64,000 nt of DNA from Candidatus Eiseniibacteriota bacterium. GTDB taxonomy: Bacteria > Eisenbacteria > RBG-16-71-46. Position numbers and translations under genes: made by a program. The stretch is from contig CAVQXP010000003.1 of NCBI GenBank assembly GCA_963717935.1, positions 32,001 to 96,000 of the forward strand, given 5' to 3'. Each line of letters begins with the position of its first letter. Within the stretch, counting starts at the first letter, position 1. Positions 42,457-52,391 of this stretch are shown here, piece after piece. The notes under the pieces were generated by a model. That model did not search any database, was not told the DNA's origin, and saw only the letters and a list, made by a program, of their open reading frames with translations.

Positions 42457-43155
42457 GTGGACGTCCTGGAGGGTCTGAGCGAGCAGCTCGCCTCGGTCAT
42501 CGCCCACAGTCCCGCGCTGGCGCCGCTGGCCGCGTTCCTCGGCGGCGCGCTCACCGCGCTCAACCCGTGCGTGCTGGCGATGGTCCCGCTCATGGTCGGC
42601 TTCTCGGCCGGCCTGGTCGGGCGTGGCGCGACGGGGCGCCCCTGGCGGCGCACCCTGGGTTTCTCCCTGCTCTTCGTCGGGGGCTTCGCGCTCGAGCTGG
42701 CGCTGCTCTTCACCGTCTTCTCCGGCGCGACGGCGGTCCTGAGCGCGCCCTGGTGGCGCTACGTGCTGGTGGCCGTGTGCGCCGTCACCGCGCTGCACCT
42801 GCTCGGCTGGCTGCGCCTGCCGTCGATCCCCCTGCCGCCGGCCGCCGCGCGGGCCGCGGGCGCGCTGGGCGCGCTCACGCTCGGCTTCGTCTTCGGGATC
42901 GTCTCGCTGCCGTGCACGGGGCCGGTGCTGCTGCTGCTGCTGGCCCTGGTCCCGCGGATCGGCGCGGCCGCGGCGGGCGGCCTGCTGTTCGCCTACGGGC
43001 TCGGGCACTCGCTGCTGCTGCTCGTGGCCGGTACCTCGGTCGGCGCGGCCGCGGCGCTCGCCCGCCCGGGCCGTCTCCAGACCGCGACCCGCTGGGTGCG
43101 CGTGGTCGCGGCCCTCCTGATCCTCGCGGGCGGGGCCTGGTTGTTCACGCACTGA
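42457..43155 (+). CDS. CcdA/DsbD-family transmembrane electron transporter
   Basis: LNPCV and LPCTGP motifs, about six TM segments. Confidence 0.87.
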   Translation: MDVLEGLSEQLASVIAHSPALAPLAAFLGGALTALNPCVLAMVPLMVGFSAGLVGRGATGRPWRRTLGFSLLFVGGFALELALLFTVFSGATAVLSAPWWRYVLVAVCAVTALHLLGWLRLPSIPLPPAAARAAGALGALTLGFVFGIVSLPCTGPVLLLLLALVPRIGAAAAGGLLFAYGLGHSLLLLVAGTSVGAAAALARPGRLQTATRWVRVVAALLILAGGAWLFTH

Positions 43156-43344
43156 GGCGCCCGCCGGCCGGACCGTCTCCTGCTCCTTCACGGACTCCGA
43201 CGCCACGGCCGGCAGTCCCGGGCCGCGCAGCCTGATCTTCGTCGCTGGCGCAGCGGGGGTCTCTGCTATCATGCCGCCCGTCCCGCGCTCCGCGGCCGAC
43301 GCCAGGCCGGGTCTCGACGAGCACGGATGAGCCTGGGGAGGTGC

Positions 43345-44298
43345 ATGACCTTGAGTGCCGCACCGGATGACGGCCCGGCGGCGGGCCGGGCCCCTGCGGC
43401 GGCGCGCGCCGCGACCGTCCGGTCCCTGCAGCAGGGCCGCGGATCGGGCACCCGCAGCGCCGCGGTGTTCCGGCTCACGCGCGCCGAGGAGCGCCGCCTG
43501 CTGTCCGCGGCCCGCGGCGGGGACCGCAGGGCGCTCGACCGGCTGCTTCGGCTGCTGAGCGGGCCCGTATACCGCTTCGGCCGCGGCTTCTGCGGCGACC
43601 CGCACGATGCCGAGGACGTGGCGCAGGTCACGCTGGTCGCGCTCGCTCGCTCGCTGCGTGACTTCCGCGGCGAGTCCTCGCTCACGACCTGGGCCTACAC
43701 GGTGGCGCGCAACGCCTGCACCCGGCACCGGCGCCGCGGAGCGCACACGCCCGCGCGACTCGAGTCGCTCGACGCCGGCACGCCCGCCCGCCCGGGCGCG
43801 CTCCAGGTCGCGGACCCGCGCGGGGATCCGCACCGGGCGCTCGAGCGCACGGAACTGCGCGACGCGCTGCGACGGGCCATCGCGGCGCTGCCGCCCTCGC
43901 AGCGCGAGGTGCTCGTGCTGCGCGACGTCGAGGGATTGCCCGCGAAACAGGTGGGGGAGGCCCTGCGGCTCTCGGAGCGCGCGGTCAAGTCACGGCTCCA
44001 CCGCGCCCGTGTCGCCCTGCGCGACATGCTCGCGCCGCACGCGCCGCACGCGGCGGCGGCCCCGCGCTGCCCCGACACGGCGCGGCTCGTGAGCCGCTAC
44101 CTCGAGGGCGAGCTCGACCCCGACGCGTGCGCGAAGCTCGAGACCCACGTGAAGAACTGCCCGGACTGCGGCGCGACCTGCGCGACCCTGAGGGACGTGC
44201 TCGTCACCTGCCGCTCCTGGGGAGGCGAGAAGCTGCCCGAGCAGGTCCGCGCGTCGCTCAAGCAGGCCATCCGGCAGGTGGCCCGGGCGGGATCCTGA
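43345..44298 (+). CDS. ECF sigma factor fused to a C-terminal zf-HC2 (ZAS) anti-sigma-like domain
   Basis: DAEDVAQ, TWAYTVARN, VKSRLHRAR, then YLEGEL...HVKNCPDC. Confidence 0.85.
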   Translation: MTLSAAPDDGPAAGRAPAAARAATVRSLQQGRGSGTRSAAVFRLTRAEERRLLSAARGGDRRALDRLLRLLSGPVYRFGRGFCGDPHDAEDVAQVTLVALARSLRDFRGESSLTTWAYTVARNACTRHRRRGAHTPARLESLDAGTPARPGALQVADPRGDPHRALERTELRDALRRAIAALPPSQREVLVLRDVEGLPAKQVGEALRLSERAVKSRLHRARVALRDMLAPHAPHAAAAPRCPDTARLVSRYLEGELDPDACAKLETHVKNCPDCGATCATLRDVLVTCRSWGGEKLPEQVRASLKQAIRQVARAGS

Positions 44299-44339
44299 GC
44301 GCCCGCGTCACGACCGAGGTCCCGATCCGGGAGGAACGC

Positions 44340-44703
44340 ATGTCCAGTCGCTCGAAGACCGACCGCCGGCGATTCCTGAAGACCGTCGGCCTGGCCGGGG
44401 TCTCGTCGGCGCTCGTCGCGCCGGCGCTCTCCGGCGCCCAGCTGCCCACGACGGCCGCGCCACCCGCTCCGGCGGCGGCTCCCGCGCCCGCCGACCTGGC
44501 GAAGGCCGCAGGCGCCGCCCGAGGTCGGCGAGGACGCACGCGCCCTCGCCGGGATCATCGAGCGGCGCTGCGGCCGGCACCTCTCGAAGGAGCAGCTGGA
44601 ATCCATCGCGCGGGACTTCGACGGCGACCTCAAGGCTCTGAAGCGCATGCGGGAGGTGAAGCTGGGCAACGGCGACGAGCCCGACTTCACCTTCCGGGCG
44701 TAG
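44340..44703 (+). CDS. Small Tat-signal protein, probable amidase partner; one extra base near 44505
   Basis: DRRRFLK Tat motif. The shifted frame gives ...LKRMREVKLGNGDEPDFTFRA*. Confidence 0.7.
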
Positions 44704-44718
44704 GCAGGAGGAACGGCC

Positions 44719-46170
44719 ATGGAAACGCAGGCACGCGCCGTCCCGCAGACGCCGGACGCACTCGACGAGAGCGTCTTCTTCCTGTCGGTCTCCGAGCTCG
44801 CGGAGCGCATCCGCGCGAAGCGGCTGAAGCCCACCGACCTCGTGGCGGGCTGTCTCGACCGGCTCGAGCGGCTGGGCCCGAAGTACAACGCCGTGGCCGC
44901 GCTGATGCGCGGCGCGGCGATGGACGAGGCCCGGGTGGCCGAACGCGAGCTGGCGCGCGGCCGGGATCGCGGGCCGCTCCACGGCATCCCCTATGGCGTG
45001 AAGGACCTGCTCGCCACGAAGGGCGTGCCCACCACCTGGGGCGCCGAGCCGTACCGGGACCAGGTCTTCGACTACGACGCGACCGTGGTGCGCAGGCTGC
45101 GCGAGGCGGGCGCGGTGCTGGTCGCCAAGCTCGCGATGGTCGAGCTGGCGGGCGGCATGGGCTACAACCACGCGAACGCCTCGATCACCGGCCCGGGTCT
45201 CACGCCGTGGAACACGAGGTTCTGGAGCGGCGGCTCCTCGAGCGGTCCCGGCGCCGCCGTGGCGGCGGGCCTCGTGCCCTTCGCCATCGGCTCGGAGACC
45301 TCGGGCTCGATCCTCACGCCCTCGGCCTTCTGCGGCGTGACGGGCCTGCGGCCCACCTACGGGCTCGTCAGCCGGCACGGCGCGATGGCCCTGTGCTGGA
45401 CGCTCGACAAGCTCGGGCCGCTGGGGCGCACCGCCGACGATTGCGCGCTCGTGCTCGCCGCCATGGCGGGGCCCGACCCGCTCGACGAGAGCGCGGTCGC
45501 GCGCGGCTTCGCGCACGTCCGGCCTGCGCCGCTCGGTGGCGCGAGGAAGCCGCGGCTGGCGGTGCCGAAGGGCGTGACCGAGAAGGTGCAGCCCGCGGTG
45601 CGCGCGAACTTCGAGGAGGCGCTGCGCGTCCTCGGCGGCGACGTCGAGCTGACGCGCGACGTCGAGTGGCCCGATTTCCCCTGGGGGCCCGCGGTCGGGA
45701 CCATCGTGGGGGCGGAGGGCGCGGCCGCGTTCCTCGACCTGCTCGAGTCGGGCCGGGTGCAGCAGCTCACCTGTCCGGCCGACCGCGCGGGCGGCTACTC
45801 CTCGCTCCTGCTGCCGGCGGTGGACTACCTGCAGGCGATGCGCCTGCGGCGGCCCATGAAGCTGGCGGTGGCGCGGCTCTTCGAGCGCTTCGACGCGGTG
45901 GTGGCGCCGACGCGCGCGAGCGTGGCCTACCCGGCCGACCGCAACTTCGAGGACGCCTACCCCGGCGTGAGCGGCGGTCCCGCGCTGATCGCGGCCGGCA
46001 ATCTGTGCGGGCAGCCCGCGCTCGCGCTGCCGGACGGCTTCGGCGAGAATGGGCTGCCCACGTCGTTCCAGCTCATGGGGCCGGCGTTCTCGGAAGCGCT
46101 GCTGGTGCGGATCGGACACGCGTACCAGCAGCGGACGGACTGGCACAAGCGGCGCCCGCCGGCCGCGTGA
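44719..46170 (+). CDS. Amidase-signature family enzyme
   Basis: GPLHGIPYGVKD, GGSSSG, IGSETSGSI. Confidence 0.93.
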   Translation: METQARAVPQTPDALDESVFFLSVSELAERIRAKRLKPTDLVAGCLDRLERLGPKYNAVAALMRGAAMDEARVAERELARGRDRGPLHGIPYGVKDLLATKGVPTTWGAEPYRDQVFDYDATVVRRLREAGAVLVAKLAMVELAGGMGYNHANASITGPGLTPWNTRFWSGGSSSGPGAAVAAGLVPFAIGSETSGSILTPSAFCGVTGLRPTYGLVSRHGAMALCWTLDKLGPLGRTADDCALVLAAMAGPDPLDESAVARGFAHVRPAPLGGARKPRLAVPKGVTEKVQPAVRANFEEALRVLGGDVELTRDVEWPDFPWGPAVGTIVGAEGAAAFLDLLESGRVQQLTCPADRAGGYSSLLLPAVDYLQAMRLRRPMKLAVARLFERFDAVVAPTRASVAYPADRNFEDAYPGVSGGPALIAAGNLCGQPALALPDGFGENGLPTSFQLMGPAFSEALLVRIGHAYQQRTDWHKRRPPAA

Positions 46171-46258
46171 GCGGCGCGGGCGCCCCGGAGGCGTCGTACG
46201 CGGTACCCGGCGGCGCGGCATCGGGCTGCGTCGCCCATCCAGGAAGGAGAGCCGAGCC

Positions 46259-46630
46259 ATGCGGAAGACGAAGTGGACGATCGCGCTCGTCGCGGCGGTG
46301 TGCGCGGTGCTGGCGCTGGGCTGTGCGGGGGATGTCGGCAAGCAGGTGATGGCCAGCCCCGAGCTGCAGGCGAAGGTCATGGACATGATCAGCGCGAGCC
46401 CGTCGACGGCCGGCGGCATGGTGGACCGGCTGCTTTCGAGTGACAGCACGCGCGCGCTGGTCATCGAGAAGCTGGTGAGCAGCGCGGGCGGTGCGCAGGC
46501 GGTGATGGAGGTGGTCGCGGGGAACCAGACCCTCATGGACGGCGCGCTCAACATCGCGATGCAGGATCCGGCCATGAAAGAGCACGTCATGACGCTCTTC
46601 CGGGGCATGAGGATGGCGGGCGCGAAGTAG
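46259..46630 (+). CDS. Hypothetical lipoprotein
   Basis: SD AAGGAG, lipobox ALG-C, Met-rich helical body. Confidence 0.75.
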   Translation: MRKTKWTIALVAAVCAVLALGCAGDVGKQVMASPELQAKVMDMISASPSTAGGMVDRLLSSDSTRALVIEKLVSSAGGAQAVMEVVAGNQTLMDGALNIAMQDPAMKEHVMTLFRGMRMAGAK

Positions 46631-46721
46631 CGCCGGTGCGTGTGAGGCGCGTGCGGGCGGGGGAACGCCGGCCCCGCCCGCGTGGCCCGCGGGGTCGTCC
46701 TCGATCAGGCCGTGGCGGGGG

Positions 46722-47489
46722 CTACTTCTTCTGGAAGACGTAGAGCCCGAAGCCGAGCGTGTCGCGGCCCCAGTGCTCGTAGGCCTCGCGGTGGCGGCGG
46801 CTGCGCTTCCACATGGTCTCGGCCTCGGGGTCCTCGGGGTGGCCAGCCGCGTACTCTTCGACCGCGCTGGAGCGGAGCCCCTCGTAGCGGTCCCACTCGT
46901 CCTCGGTGCTGACGGCGGTGCAGATCGGGACCAGGCCAGCCTCCTCGCCCGCGCGCACGTTGCGCGGGTGGTCCAGCAGATCGTCCGGGCCGAGGCCCAG
47001 GGCGGCGAGGTAGTCGGGGTGGGGGCGCCGCCGCCAGAAGTGCTCACCCACCAGGACGCGTCCGTGCGGCCGGACGATGCCGGCCAGCGCGCGCAGCGTG
47101 TCGCGATAGCCCCCGTAGGCCTCGGTCGAGCCCACGCACAGCGCGGCGTCGAAGGAACCCGGCTCGGCCGGGAAGTCGCAGGCGGGCTGCTCGTGGAAGG
47201 CGAGGTCGGCCTGCGGCCCGCGCGACCTGGCCCGGACGCGCGCGTCGGCCACGAACGCGGGGTTCACGTCCACGCCCACGCCGCGTGCGCCCCAGCGGCC
47301 CGCGAGCCGCACCAGCATCTCGCCCTTGCCGCAGCCCACGTCGAGCGCGCGGGCGCCCTGCGGCAGCTCGAGCATGCAGAGCACCTGGTCCACCTTGGGA
47401 CCGCTCAGCGGGCTGAGGAAGACGTGATCCCGGTGGGCGATCGTGGTGAAGCGGAGCTGGTCCGTCAGCGTTGCGGTGGAGGGAGTCAT
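46722..47489 (-). CDS. Class I SAM-dependent methyltransferase (YjhP-like)
   Basis: LDVGCGKG, FDAALCVG, and C-terminal RDTLGFGLYVF. Confidence 0.85.
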   Translation of the reverse strand: MTPSTATLTDQLRFTTIAHRDHVFLSPLSGPKVDQVLCMLELPQGARALDVGCGKGEMLVRLAGRWGARGVGVDVNPAFVADARVRARSRGPQADLAFHEQPACDFPAEPGSFDAALCVGSTEAYGGYRDTLRALAGIVRPHGRVLVGEHFWRRRPHPDYLAALGLGPDDLLDHPRNVRAGEEAGLVPICTAVSTEDEWDRYEGLRSSAVEEYAAGHPEDPEAETMWKRSRRHREAYEHWGRDTLGFGLYVFQKK

Positions 47490-47605
47490 CCGGTGCGTCA
47501 TGTTGGACGAAGCCGGGGGCTCGCGCAAGGGAGAACCTCGAGGCGCCTTCCCCCATGCAAGTGACGCGCCGTTCCCGCGCGACGCAGGACGCACCGGGAG
47601 CAGCG

Positions 47606-47638
47606 CGAAGCCCCCGGCCGGAGGAACCGGGGGCTTCG
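47606..47638. terminator. GC-rich hairpin downstream of the yceI-family gene
   Basis: CGAAGCCCCCGG...CCGGGGGCTTCG. Confidence 0.55.
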
Positions 47639-47663
47639 TGGCCGCGTTTCGTGGGGGAATGGC

Positions 47664-48278
47664 CTACTTCTGAGCCGGCTGCTTCAGGTTCGCCTCGATG
47701 TGCAGGCTGATGGCCACGTCCTCACCGATCATCAGGCCACCCTGGTCGAGCGTCTTGTTCCAGTTGATGCCGAAGTCCTTGCGGTTGAGGGTCGTGGTGG
47801 CGTCGAAGCCGGCCTTGGTGCCCCAGCTCTGTCCGCCCACGCCGACCTCTCCCATGCCGAGGAATTCGACCTCCAGCACGACGGGCTTCGTGACGCCGTG
47901 CATCGTGAGGTCGCCCGTGACCTCGTACTTGTCCTTCCCCGCGGGCGCGACGCTCGTGCTCTTGAAGGTCAGCGTCGGGAACGAGTCGGCAGCGAAGAAA
48001 TCCGTACTCCTCAGGTGCGCGTCGCGCGTCTCGTTGCCGGTGAAGATGCTCGCCGCCGGGATCGTGACCTCGACCGAGGAGGCCGCAGGGGCGCTCGGGT
48101 CCATCACGATGGTGCCGCTGAAGTCCTTGAACTGCCCCGGGACCTTCGAGAAGAGGTGCCGGATGGAGAAGCCCACCTGCGAGTGGGGCTTGTCGATGTC
48201 GAAGGTCAGGGGCGCGGCCGAAGCCGCGGTGGCGAGGCTCACCAGAGCGAGCGCCAGGGCGACGGGGATGGGTCTCAC
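47664..48278 (-). CDS. YceI-family periplasmic protein
   Basis: IDKPHSQVGF, RDAHLRSTDFF, GDLTMHGVTK, RKDFGI. Confidence 0.92.
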   Translation of the reverse strand: MRPIPVALALALVSLATAASAAPLTFDIDKPHSQVGFSIRHLFSKVPGQFKDFSGTIVMDPSAPAASSVEVTIPAASIFTGNETRDAHLRSTDFFAADSFPTLTFKSTSVAPAGKDKYEVTGDLTMHGVTKPVVLEVEFLGMGEVGVGGQSWGTKAGFDATTTLNRKDFGINWNKTLDQGGLMIGEDVAISLHIEANLKQPAQK

Positions 48279-48572
48279 GGGTGGAGCTCCTTTCGTCGGG
48301 AGTGCGGCCGACGCCGGACGGCGGCAGAGGTGGGATTGGCGGGGCGCCGGCCCTGTTGGGTCGGCAGGTCGTTTGGCCGCGGACCGGCGCCTTCGCTGTC
48401 TGCTGCCCACTATGATGAGGGCCGGGGCCGGGCGATTCGGCCCACGAGGGGAGCGACGGTCGGGGGGGGCGCTCTTGACCGGGGCCTGACCCGCGAAGGC
48501 TCCTGCCGGGACGGCGCACGGGGAGCGCGCGGGTTGTGGCGGCCGGGGCGGAGCCGCTAGCATCTTCCCCCC

Positions 48573-49586
48573 ATGACCGACTTCGAGAAGGCCCCGCCCG
48601 AGATCCGCGAACTCCTCGGCAAGCGCATCAGCCAGCTCGGCCTTCGCCTCGAGGGCTCGCCGGTCGAGCGTTTCGTGCACCAGCTCTACCGCGAACTCGA
48701 GCGCAAGGGTCTCAAGCACTTCCGCCCGGTCTGCTACCTCACCGACGAATGGGGCTGTCCCGACGGACAGCCCGTGATCGGCATCCCGTTCTATCTCGCC
48801 GATCCCGGGCTCGCGCGCCTCGAGCGCCAGATGAACGACCTCGAGGACGAGCGCGAGATCATGATGTACCTGCGTCACGAGGCCGGGCACGCCTTCAACT
48901 ACGCCTACCGGCTCTTCATCACGCCCGAGTGGCGCCGGCTCTTCGGTCCGTTCAATCGCCGCTATCGCGACGACTACCGGCCGGTCCCGTTCAGCCGCAA
49001 GTTCGTGCGTCACATCGCGGGCTGGTACGGGCAGAAGCACCCCGACGAGGACTTCGCCGAGACGTTCGCGGTCTGGCTCACGCCCCGCTCGCAGTGGCGG
49101 GTCCGCTATAAATCATGGCCCGCGATACGCAAGTTGAGGTATGTTGACCGCATGGTGCGCCGGGTGCGTGCCCAGGAGCCGGTGGTTTCGACCGGGGACT
49201 TCGCCGTCCCGGTCGAGAACCTCAAGGTGACGGTCGAGCAGTTCTACCGCCGGCTCATGCGTGAGAGCGGGGCGGGGGTGAAGGTGGCGCTGGAGGCGGA
49301 TCTCAGCGACCTGTTCATTCCCCAGGGCCGCCGACGCAAGGGCATCCGCCCGGCGTGGGAGCTCGTCGAGGAGCATCGCAAGGTGCTGACCGACAAGATC
49401 ACGTACTGGACCGGCGTGCGACGCCCGGTCGTGCGTGCCCTGGTCGAGCACATCGTGCGCGCTTCCCGCGATCTCCGGTTGTTCGCAGACACCGCCCGCG
49501 AGGCGGATTACCTCGTGGAGTTGACCGCGTACGGCACCACGCTCGCCATGAACTACCTCACGCGCCGCCGCTTCGAGCAGAAGTAG
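48573..49586 (+). CDS. Putative zinc-binding metallopeptidase
   Basis: LRHEAGHA and QKHPDEDFAETFAVW. Confidence 0.82.
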   Translation: MTDFEKAPPEIRELLGKRISQLGLRLEGSPVERFVHQLYRELERKGLKHFRPVCYLTDEWGCPDGQPVIGIPFYLADPGLARLERQMNDLEDEREIMMYLRHEAGHAFNYAYRLFITPEWRRLFGPFNRRYRDDYRPVPFSRKFVRHIAGWYGQKHPDEDFAETFAVWLTPRSQWRVRYKSWPAIRKLRYVDRMVRRVRAQEPVVSTGDFAVPVENLKVTVEQFYRRLMRESGAGVKVALEADLSDLFIPQGRRRKGIRPAWELVEEHRKVLTDKITYWTGVRRPVVRALVEHIVRASRDLRLFADTAREADYLVELTAYGTTLAMNYLTRRRFEQK

Positions 49587-49637
49587 GCCGGCGCAGGGCC
49601 CCGAGGGACGGGGTCCGCATGCGAAGGCGGGAACGCG

Positions 49638-50660
49638 ATGGCCAAGCTGCGGATCGGCGTGCTGTACGACTACTGGTGGGGCGAGGAGGAGGAGCGCGCC
49701 GAAGGGACCCGCCCCAAGCGCAAGACTCCCGACGAGGACGTGCAGGCCGTCTACGAGGCCCTCAAGGAGGCCGGGCACAGCCCGGTCTTCCTGCGCCTCG
49801 ACGGCACGCGCGAGAGCCTGGTCGAGCTGGCCCACTCCGAGACCGACCTGATCTTCAACCTGGTCGAGTCCTTCGGCGGCGACGACACCCAGGACAGCGA
49901 CGTCGCGGGCTTCCTCGAGATGCTGCACCGCCGTTTCACCGGCACCGGCTCGCAGGGGCTCCACCTGGCACAGGACAAGGCGCTGGCGAAGAAGATCTTC
50001 GCCTTCCACGGCATCCACACGCCCTACTTCGCCACCGTGTTCCGCGGCCGCACCGAGCACGCGCAGGACATCCAGTTCCCGGTGATCGTGAAGCCCGCGG
50101 CCGAGGACGGCTCGATCGGCATCCACTTCGGTGCGGTGTGCATCTCGATCAAGGAGCTGATGGAGCGCATCGACTACATCCACGCCGAGTTCAATTCGCC
50201 GGCGCTCATCGAGGAGTACATCGAGGGCCGCGAGCTCTACGTCGGGGTGCTGGGGAACGAGAAGCCCGAGGCGCTGCCGGCGGTGGAGCTGGACCTCTCG
50301 AAGCTGCCGCAGGGGATGCCGAAGATCGCCGGCACCGAGGTCAAGTGGGAGGAGGGCACCGAGGCCTACGAGAAGACCAAGGCCTTCCTGCCCGCCGATC
50401 TCGACGAGGACCTGCAGAAGAAGCTGAGCGACACGGCGGTGCAGGCCTTCCAGGCGCTCAAGCTGTGCGACTACGGGCGCATCGACTTCCGGCTGGCCGC
50501 CGACGGCGCGCTGCACGTGCTGGAGGTGAACCCCAATCCCTACCTGCACGCCGACGCCGAGTTCGCCATGGCGGCGAAGAAGGCCGGGCGCTCCTACGCC
50601 GAGCTGGTCGGCGAGATCGTGGACCTGGCGCTGGCGCGCTACCCGAACGGCGGCGTGTAG
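49638..50660 (+). CDS. D-Ala-D-Ala-ligase-like ATP-grasp enzyme
   Basis: IFNLVE, DKALAK, VKPAAEDGSIGI, EEYIEGRE, RIDFR, LEVNPNP. Confidence 0.88.
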   Translation: MAKLRIGVLYDYWWGEEEERAEGTRPKRKTPDEDVQAVYEALKEAGHSPVFLRLDGTRESLVELAHSETDLIFNLVESFGGDDTQDSDVAGFLEMLHRRFTGTGSQGLHLAQDKALAKKIFAFHGIHTPYFATVFRGRTEHAQDIQFPVIVKPAAEDGSIGIHFGAVCISIKELMERIDYIHAEFNSPALIEEYIEGRELYVGVLGNEKPEALPAVELDLSKLPQGMPKIAGTEVKWEEGTEAYEKTKAFLPADLDEDLQKKLSDTAVQAFQALKLCDYGRIDFRLAADGALHVLEVNPNPYLHADAEFAMAAKKAGRSYAELVGEIVDLALARYPNGGV

Positions 50661-51040
50661 CGGCACCGGGCGGGTGACGACCGGGCCCCCGCGGGCGGCT
50701 GCGCCGGCGGGGGCCCGGTCCGTCCGGCGGGCGCTGGCGAGCGGGGGGCGTGGCCTCGAAGAGACCTTGTCCCGATCAGGATGCTTCCGTTTCGGGGACG
50801 CCCGACGAGATTTCTCTTGACAGGATTTCGCGTGCGCACGCCGCCGCCCCGGCGGACCGGCTGCAGCAGCCCGCCACGACGCGCCAGGTGCGCGTTGGCG
50901 GCATCCGTTCTTCCACGACGAGACTGAAACTCGCGCTGCTCCTCGTTGTGCGCGCAGCGGGGCTCTCAGAGCGCCGGAAACGGGCGTGGTATCCATAGGA
51001 AGTTCCGCCCCCGTGACCCGCCCCCGCGGAGTCACCCGCC

Positions 51041-52373
51041 GTGAACCACTATTCGCTGACGCACGTTCCCGATCCGGTCCTGCTGCGCGATCTCCGGTCG
51101 CTGCTCGCCAGGGAGCGCGCTACCACAGCCGAGCTCCTGGCCCATCTGGCCGAGGTCGACGCCCGGCGGCTGTACGCGGCGGCGGGGCACCCCTCGATGT
51201 TCGCCTGGTGCGTCGAGGAACTGCACCTGTCCGAGGACGCCGCGTTCAAGCGCATCCGGGCGGCCCGGGCGGCCCGGCAGTTCCCGGCCGTGTTCACCGC
51301 TGCTGGCCGACGGGCGGCTGCACCTGAGCGCCGTGGTGATGTTGGCGGCCTACCTGACCCCGGAGAACGCGGAGGAGCTCCTCGCAGCCGCCTCGCACCA
51401 GAGCAAGGCGGGGATCGAGCACCTCCTGGCCGAGCGGTTCCCGCGGCCGGACGTGCCCGACCGAATCGTGGGTCTCGGCCCTTCGCCGACCGTCGAGCTA
51501 TCCGCCCCGGGACGGATCGGGTCCACGGACGAACAACTGTCCCCGGGGACAGTTGAAGCGAGCGGAGCGCGGCTGGCCCCGGGGCCGGTCGCGCCACCCG
51601 TAAGGCCAGGCATGGCACCGCTTGCGCCGGGACGCTACGGGCTTCAGTTCACCGTCGCGCAGGGCACGTACGAGAAGCTGCGCTACGCCCAGGCCCTGCT
51701 TGGACATTCGGTCCCCTCCGGCGAGCTGGCCCAGGTGCTCGACCGCGCGCTGGATGCCCTGATCGCCCGGCTCGAGCGGCGGAAGGTGGCGGCGACCGGC
51801 CGCCCTCGGGGATGTCGACCCCGGGCGAGTGCCGACGTCCGCCACGTACCCGCCGAGGTCCGGCGCCAGGTCTGGGCAAGAGACGGCGGCCAGTGCACGT
51901 TCGTGAGCGCGGCCGGACACCGCTGCCCGGCCCGCACCCGGCTCGAGTTCGACCATGTCGAGCCGGTGGCCCGGGGCGGCCGGTCGACGGTGAAGGGAGT
52001 GAGGCTGCGGTGCCGGACCCACAATCAGTACGCGGCCGAGTGCGCGTTCGGGGCCGGCTTCATGAGCCGGAAGCGCGAGGCGGCACGGCGCGCGGCGGAA
52101 GAGACGCGTGCGCGCGCGACCAGGGAAGCCGAGGAGGCGCGTGCGCGTGCGGTGGCGGAAGCCGAGGAAGCGCGTGCGCGTGCGGTGGCGGTGGCGGAGG
52201 TCGTGCCCTGGTTGCACGCGCTCGGACTGCGCATGGACGAGGCGCGCCGTGCGGCCGCACGATGCGAGATAGCCTTGGATGCTCCGCTCGAGGAGCGGGT
52301 GCGACACGCGTTGCGGTGCTCTGGCAGGCCCTCGCGGCGGTGCGTCGCGCACACCCCGCAACCGGTGCCGTGA
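51041..52373 (+). CDS. DUF222-like/HNH endonuclease; one extra base near 51301
   Basis: N-terminal LLAHLAEVDARRLY..SMFAWC..LSEDAA..RI and C-terminal RDGGQC..C..LEFDH..GG..CRTHN. The halves join if one base is removed. Confidence 0.8.
52092..52190 (+). repeat. 33-bp tandem repeat, about 3 copies (EAEEARARAVA)
   Basis: GAAGCCGAGGA at 52125 and 52158, plus a degenerate upstream copy. Confidence 0.8.
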
Positions 52374-52391
52374 CCGACTCCGGCGGAGGAC

